Source: a virus
Direction: 5' to 3' (one strand)
Length of the DNA: 64,000 nt
Virus record (IMG/VR): IMGVR_UViG_3300029922_000038
Location: 25,353-89,352 of that record
The notes under the pieces were generated by a model. It saw only the letters and a list, made by a program, of their open reading frames with translations, did no database searches and was not told the DNA's origin. Position numbers and translations under genes: made by a program. Positions 17,301 through 26,300 of this stretch are shown here, in pieces (the stretch's first letter is position 1; every line of letters starts with the position of its first letter).

Positions 17301-20300
17301 ATAGAATCATATTTATCTTTCTTATTTTCATCTTTAAAAGAAGGACTTTCGGCAGTTAGATTTACATCTTCTAACTTTTTATTAAGAACTTCTTTTAATT
17401 TATTCCAATTCTCTTGAAAATCAGTCTTTCTACCTTCTAAATTATCTTCTACCCAATTTGCAATAGCTATTTTAGCCTTTTCTCCAGGAGTTGCATTTGG
17501 ATTATCTAATACTGTTTGTTTATATTGTTCAGTTTTATTAATCTTACCATATAAATTACTGATAATAGGATTTTTATCCCCTAATAGTTCTATAACTTTA
17601 TTACCAGAACCCCTATCTACTTCTGATGGATTAGAAAGAGCATATTTAATTTGAGATAGTCCAGTATCTATTTTTTCAGGTTCTACTATATTTTGTTTTT
17701 CTTTTTCCCCATCTAAAGAAGTAAGTTTTAATACATTAGATACTAATTCTGATAAAGCAGAGCCTTCTTTAAGATTAGGAAATACAATAGTTTTAATAAG
17801 GTCAACTATTCTTTGAAGAATAGATTTACCACCATATTCTAAATTATTAAGCTCTCTTTGTAATCTTGGATCAGATAAACCATAAGATATAAGTTCTCCT
17901 ATACCATATTGCTTATTATCAGAACCTTTATCATGAGCATTATTAAATATATGGTCTAATAGAGCCTTAGTATTATCCTCTCCACCTACTTCAGTACCTC
18001 TATGTAACTGTATTTTATCTTGATTCTTATCTACAAATTCATATAATTTCTCTAATGATTTAATCGCAGTTACTTTTTTAATATCTGTAATTTTACCATC
18101 ATAATAATCATGTAAATCTTTTAGAGTTAATCCATGTAAAGCTTCATGGAAGATGGTTTCTTGTTGCCTACCTTCATTTTCTTCTTCTAAAGGATTAAAT
18201 TTAAGTGTAGTATCTCCACTTTCCTGACCTACATGAGCACTACCTTTAACTTTGAGTGTAGTAAATTCATTTTTCATATCTCCTATTTTTGGTAAAATAA
18301 GAGAAGCTAATTCTTTATAAGCAGGAGTAGCAGGGTCTTCTATAATAGCCCTAAGTGTATCTTCTGTTTTACCTCCATCTAAATGATATTTTTGACCTAA
18401 TTGATAAGCAGTAGGTAATTCTTTAAAATTAGTAGGTTGTTTTTCAGGAATATCTGCTCCAGGTAAAGTATTATTTTCTACTTTTTGATAGCTATCTATA
18501 TTATTCTCTTTATATAAAGAATGATTTACATCTTTATCAAAACTATATTCATACATATTACCAGTGCCAAGAGTATTTATCTTTTGATATACACCATCTT
18601 CTCTATCTTCATATAATCTATATTTATTAGATGTTTTAGAATATCTTGAAAGATACTTAGGTGCTTGCCATACATCATTAACTTTATCCCTTCTAAAAGA
18701 TACCATATCATTAGAATCCAAATTCTTTAATTTAAAAGAATCTATATCCCCATCTTTACCTTTAACATCAGTAATTTGAGTAACATCTTGTTTAACCCTC
18801 GTTGCTTGAGTAGGATTATGTTGAAATACTTGTCTTTGTACTCTATTAAAAGCTAAAGAATCATTGAAATCTATTTTACCTTTTTCAGAAATAAGATTTT
18901 CTTTAGCCCAATCAATAGGAATATATTTAACAAAAGAACTTCTTGATTGTACTCCACCATTAAGATAGGAATAAGTAATTAAATCTTTTGCTATTTCTCT
19001 AACTTCAGGGTCTTTAGAATGAATAGCATTATACCATTTTAAACTATTATCAAATGAAGTATTATCATCCTCTGCTTTTGCAGCATCATAATTAATTTCA
19101 TCAGGATTACCATAAGATTTAGATAATTTAATACCAGAAGCTAATCTATCTAACCAAGGATCTTTAGTTCTTGCTTCCATAACTCTGATGGCAAGGGATT
19201 TATTAGAATAAATTTTATTACCGTTTTCATCAAGAGTATATTCACTTACATTTAATCTTTTTCTATCCCCCTCTATATCATTAGATATAAAACCTTCTTT
19301 AGTAAAAGAAGAAGCCTTCATATTAGTGTGCATGAGGTCATACACTTTAGAAGTAAGAAAGTTAGATTTACCCACTTCTTTTAGAAAACTATTTTCAAAT
19401 CCCTCATAGGATTTAGTATAATAAGGAAATAATGTGCCTAATGTTTCTGCTGCATCTAATCCTGTTTTAATAATATTACCCTCTCTTGTCCTCTGCCCAT
19501 CTTTAGCAAAAAATTCATTTCCACCATTAATATGAGGAAGGCCATCTTGAAGAATACTACTTATTTTTTCATTAGCTAATTTAACATCAGATATAGATTT
19601 ACCTAACCCTTGTGAAGCAGGAGTCATAGCAGACTTTAAAGTTGTCATATCTCCAGCTATTTTATCATAAGCAATAAAGTTATAAAGTGCTTGATTTTGT
19701 ACTTTAGTATCCCCATTAGTGAGAGAATCATTCATCTCCTGCCTTGAAAGAGCTTTTACTTCAGTAACTCCTCTACTTTTTAAATCAGCTAAAGTTTTAT
19801 CTGTAAGCTGTCTTTTAGTAAGTTTATCTTCAAAAGATAATGTAGGATCATTAAGAGATTCTAATTTAGATATATAATTTTCAATAGAAGGTTGTCTTAG
19901 AAAAGGTACAGTAAAAGTTTCATCAAATCCTGTTTTATTAAGTAATTCATTAACTCCAAAAGTAAAAGTATTAATACCAGCTTTTGCAAGTATTTGAGCT
20001 TTAGCTTGGTCAACTGCTGATTGAAGTATTTCCCCTATATAAGAGGATATTGGTTTTCCATTAAACCCTTGTGTTTTATTAAGAATATATGCACCTTTTC
20101 TAATTTCACTATTATCATGATATATAGAACCATTATCTTGTTTAAATAAGACTGCATCATCATGGGTATTACCATTTTTATCTTCTAATCCTTGTGCAAT
20201 ATGTAGAGAAGTTTCTTGAGATAAAGTATGATTTCTAAGTGAAGAAGCTGCCATTGCAGTAATATCTTTACCTGCTTTATTATCTTTAAATACTTTATCT

Positions 20301-23300
20301 GTAGTACCCCAATAGAGAATGGAACCCTGTTTAGTATCTTTATTAATAAGGGCATCTATTCTATCAGATTCTGTTTTAAGATTACTAAAATCAGCAGGAG
20401 ACATAGTTTTATTAAGTAACTCTTCAGAACCTGCTATTTTATGATTAATATCTATAATCTTATTTTGTTTAGATTCTACTGTATCCTGATTAGAGTCTAC
20501 TTTTGATAATTTACCATCTTCTTCTAAATCATAATTATAAGTAAGATTATAAAGTTTATCAATATCAAAGTCAGACCCCATCTGTTTAACAATTTCATGG
20601 GGTACTAAAGCCATATCCTGATGACGTGGATCTAAATATCTAACTACTTTAAATCTCATTGTAGAATTATGTGGAAGGTGTGGTATCCTCATTCCTATAT
20701 GAAAATGAAGTTCATCATCCATCATACCTTCTTTTGGAGTACCATCTTTATTTATATACTTAGTATAATCAAGTAAATTACCTTCTTTATCTTTAAATCT
20801 CCAAGGAAGTGCTATTTCAGAATATCTTGAATTATCTTTAGGGTCTATTAATTGATAACCTAATCTTTTATATCCTACGGAAGAAGTCTGAATATATGAA
20901 TGTCCTGGAAGTTGAATATCCATCAAATTATTACTTATAAGGGAAGTAATCATAGGTTCAATCTTCTCTGCTTTAGTAGAATATGCCATATCAATAGCAA
21001 ATTTACCAGTTGCAGAATTAATTTTAAGTGCAGCAAGTTCATTAGGATTCCAGCCTAATGATTCTCCTTGTTTAATAAGATAGTTGCTTAGTTTAGTAAG
21101 ATCTTTTAACTGACCATCTTTTACACCCCATTCTTCATTAAGTTTAGTATGGGCATTATTAATTAACCATGAGTGAGCTTCATTATAAGGAGTTCTTAAT
21201 TCTCCAATAGTAGTATCCCCAATTTTAAAATCATCTGATAAATCAGCAAATAAGTTTACCCTTTCTTGTGTAGGTTGAGCAATAGTATTATCATCATGAT
21301 GAGGCATATCTTGCTGAATACCCCATCCCTCTCTTGGGATAGTTACACTATTATTAGCAATTAAATCTTCTAAATTATCTACTATATTACCATCTTCATC
21401 CCATATAGAAATAGGAGATTGCATGCCTAATTTAGCACCAGATTCATAAATAGCAGAAGCTATATCATACTTCTCCATCATCTTTCTCAAAGCATCCATT
21501 GAATGACCTTCTGTAATATCTTGTGATAATACTGCTTGTGAAGTCTTGTTATAGATAGCTTTATTAATACCATTATCAATATCAGAAGAAGTATCAACTG
21601 GCTTATTAGGTTGTAAATGTATATCTTCTTCTGGGCTAAGTTCTATGTGATGACTACCATCTTCTACTGACTTATCTATCTTTGATATAATAGAGTTATA
21701 AATAGAAGGTTCTATTTTACCCATTTTATATTGCCCATATAAATATTCTTTTCTTGTAGAAAGTTCTTGAGCATCAGTAGCATTAATAGCATTCTTTTCT
21801 TTATATTGATCAAGGGTTTCATTAAGAACTTTACCATCTAAATCATCTGATATAAATTTAGGATAGAAATCTTTAAGATAAATAACTTTTCTTGTTTCTC
21901 CTTTACCAAAGTTAGGTACTTCTCTTGGTGCTATTTGCATAGCTGCTCTTTTATGAAAATTATCAAGGGTTTCTTGAATAGACTTTTTACCAAATTGAGC
22001 AGGATCATTAAATAAGGTAGCTAATAAATTAGCTTTATTTATAGCATCATTTACTAAGAAATCAACTGCTGAATGTTTAATAACATCTTGTAATTTATCA
22101 GCTATATTTGTAGATGCGCTATTTTTAATAACATCTTGTTTATATGATTTATCCCCAAGTATATCTTCTATCCCAGATTTATTATTAGATATAATGCCAG
22201 ATTTCCTCCAATCTTCAATAGTCTGTTTAACCATTCCATCAAGTTCAGTTCTGATTATATCTTTTACATGATTCATAATATCATGTGCAAATGGTACTTG
22301 TGTCTCCTGTTTACCACTTATTTTATCAAATGCTTCAGGACTAACTTTAAATACTTCAGGATTTATTTTACCATTCTTTAAATATAATCCTATATCTCCA
22401 GGTTTTTCACTGATAGAATCATTCATTGAAGGGAATAAGAAGAATTTTAATCCTGCTTTTGCCCCAGTGTGATAGTTTTGTAGATATTGTTTTTTAGTAA
22501 AAGTTTTATCTTCTTCTTTAGTAGTAGTATCCTCTGCTTGTTCTATTTGTTTAGCTGTTTGCCTAACCCTATACATTTCTCCAGCAACAGCATTATAGAA
22601 ATTATCTATAACATGTTCAGGGAAATTATATTTACCATCCTGAAAGTTCCAACCATCTATATTAACTTTAGCGTCATTAATACTTTGAGTCATAGATTTA
22701 TCAGATAAAGTATATCCAGTAAATTTACCATAATTAGTACCTTGATTCTGAAATAAAACTAATTGTGTAAGTTGTCTTACTTTATCATTCATATCACCTT
22801 TAGTAATAGGATCTTCTTTAGACCCCCACATATCAGTAGTATCAAATAATTTAATGACAAAGTTTTTAGCTCTTTCAGTATCCCTTACAAATGATTTAAT
22901 AAGAGGATTGTTAGTAGCAAAAGCTGTTTGTTCAAGTTCTGCTGCCCTACCAGTAGATTGTAAATTATTAAGAGTATCACTTTGATAAGTAGTCTTATTT
23001 ATTAAGAATACACTATTCCCTTCTCCATTTCTATAAGAAGCCCCCCAATTGTCACTTTCTTCTTTAGCTGCTGCTCTTGCAAGCATATTTAAAGATGAAG
23101 TTTCAGTAGAAAAAGGATTATTCTTATCAAATAAATCATCTGTATTCTTTTCATCACTCTTTAATCCAGCAAGTCTTTGAAAAATATAAATAAGTTTACC
23201 ACTAAATATTTCTTTATCTGTTAAAGGTCTTTTAGTATCATCATTAGGATTATATTTAATATTCTCCTTATCTCCACTTACATTTCTAAGCATTTTGGGG

Positions 23301-26300
23301 GTAACATCTATGCCTACTTCATTAAAATGTTTGGCAATATCTGCCATTTGTTCATCTGAATAATACCCATTTGGGGTAGCAGAATTAACTAATTTAGTAT
23401 AACTATTAAGCAATTCTTTAGCTTTATCAGTATTTATTTGATAACCCCCTCTATTTTCTCCTGTTTCAGAAGATTTTATATATTCACTACCTAATAATTG
23501 ATTTTTCCATCTTTCACTAATCCTATTAGTAAGACCACTTTTGCTTGCATTTTGTATGTAAGCTGCCATTTCCCCCTTCTTATTATCTAAAAGTACAGAA
23601 TCATAATCAGATAATTTCTTTCTAAAGTTAGTGTTAAACTCATTTATAAGTTGAATATCTGCTTTTTGAATATCCCCACCACCTGTTAATTTGTCATATA
23701 ATGCTTTTAAGTTAGGATTTTTAGCTGCCAATTCTTGTAATTTGCCTAATATATTATAAGAAGGTGTATCTACAAGGTGCATAAGTACCCTATTATAGAG
23801 TGCTGTATAATCCTGAAACTTTTGAGTACCTAAAATAGATTCTACAGGTTTACCTTCTTTATCCATTTCTGGTATAAAGTACATAAACTTTCTCATATTA
23901 GCAGAAGCACTATCTTTAGGATTAATCTTTAAAGATGCCCCATCGCTATAATTAATTCCGGCAACTCTTTCTTCTTCAGATAGGGTTTCTCCTTTAATAG
24001 AAGTTTTAAAATTATTAAGATTTTGTTCTATTAAACTTTTAAACCCTATAAAACCATCTTCTTTTGCATCCCAATGAGCAAGGGCAAGAGTTATAAAAGG
24101 TTTAGCAGAATCATTGGTAGTTTTAGAATTTAAACTATTTAAAAATATATCATATACATTATCAAAGGCATCTGCTACACTTTCTCCTTTATTATTAACC
24201 TGATCTAAGAAATGATAAGTAAGTTCATCTACTATCTGGCTTTGTTGGGATAGGGATACATTTTCTAACTTATAATCTTTTATATTTAAAGAAGGTACTG
24301 GGCTTTCAGCAGACAGAGTCTTATTAAGGGTAGTAATTACTTCATTGGTTTTACCCCTCTTTGGAGTAAATTGATGAGTAGTTTCTTCTACCTTAGTTGG
24401 TTCTACCCCTGCTACATGAGTAGTTATAGGTTCTTCAATAGGTTTAATTTCAGATGGTAATATATCAGTATCAAAAGTAACAGTAGGTTGTACAAAGTAA
24501 GACCTACTACCATCTTTTTGTATAATAGGAGATAGATCTGTACTAAGTATATTATTCTTTAATAAGAAATCCATATAATTAGGATAATTCTTAACTATAT
24601 GTGAACCATTTTCATCTACTTGAGAATGGTTATATTCATCCTTAGAATCAATAAGATCAGCTTTTACAGTATGGGTTTTACTATCAAGTACAGTAGTTAT
24701 AGAAGTATTATGTTGGTCTAAATTATATTTAGATTCATCATAAGATTCTCCTTCTACAAACTTACCAGAAGTACCATAATTAATAATAAGTTTATCATTA
24801 ACCAATGATATATTAAATGTTTGACTATTAAGTTTTAGGTTCTTAAAGTCATCACTTACATAAGTAAATTGTTTAATAAAATCTTGTAGCCCTTTTAAAG
24901 AACCTACATTATAACCATTAATAATAGTATTACCCTGATGCTTTAAGTATGTATTAATAGCTCCAAGAATTAAACTTTTATCATTATTAGATATTTTTGC
25001 AATATCTAAAATATGCCCAAAATTAACATCTTGTACAGGAGTTTTAGTAACCATAACTACAGTACCAGCTATTGCTTGGTTAGTTATAGTTTTATCACTG
25101 CCTTGCAGTAACCCATTTGCTTTTACAATAGCTAATTCCCCATCTTCAAATCTATTAAGATTATTTTTACCAAATGCTTCAGTAGGGGTATTAGTAGTAC
25201 CTTCTTCTAATATATTCCTATAACCAATACTTTTATCATTTATAACTGATTTAAGCGTTTTACCTGGATTTTTTATTAACCAATCCCTTATTAAAGCATG
25301 TTCTTTAAATATACTTTCATTTCTATCTTTTAATTCATCACTTGTTCCAAGATTTTTATTTAGCCAATCTTTTGTATGGAGATATAAATCAGGTTTCCCC
25401 TCTTGTGTTATTTTAATAGGTACATTATATATATCTTCTTTATTGGCTTCATAATCTTCATGTTTAGTATCTAATGATAATTCTATTTCAGAACCCATTT
25501 CATAAGAACCAGGAGCAGACATTTGAATATATTTTTGTTCTATTTTAGGAGTTCCATCTTCATTAAAACTTCTTACTATTGTGTAATGTTCATTTCCTTT
25601 AGTATCTATAATAGTATCAACATGAAAATCTGCACTATGAAATGCCGCTTGTGCTCCTACATTAACTTGTTTACCTTCTTCATCAGTAAGAGGTTTACCA
25701 GTTATAGGATTAGTTATTTGACTTTTTTCTCCAACAGTAACATTTTTATTAGTTACTTTTTCTTCCTCAATATTAGGATTTTTAACATCCCCTTTAATTA
25801 TTTTATCTTCTGATACAGGGGATTTTATAAATCCACTATCTCCAAGAAATCCTTCTGGATTACCTACCTGATTATCAGCTTCTGTAATTCCCTCTTCACT
25901 TGTTGGAGTTCCTTTTCCAATTGTTCCTTCAGTTTCATTAACTCCTGTATTTTTTGTATCATCTTCTATTTCTGATTGTTTATTTGTTTTTTTAGTATTA
26001 TCTTTTCTATCTAATTCTTCTACTCTATCTGTAATTACTTTTTTAACCTCTGGCTTTTCATCAGAAATTTCATTTGACAAATCTACTAATTTAGTTTTAT
26101 TAGTTTCATTTTTAACTTCTTTTTTTAAATCTTTAACTCCTTGCTTATTCTTTTCAACAATTGCTTGTTTAGTATCTTCAATATTTTTTTTAATAGTTTC
26201 AGGATCAGTTGCATCTCTAAACTTATCTCTTGAAATCTTTAATGAGTTTTCAAGTTCTGCCTTTAGGCCAGCTTTTTGTTTGGTAAAATGTTCAGCTAAT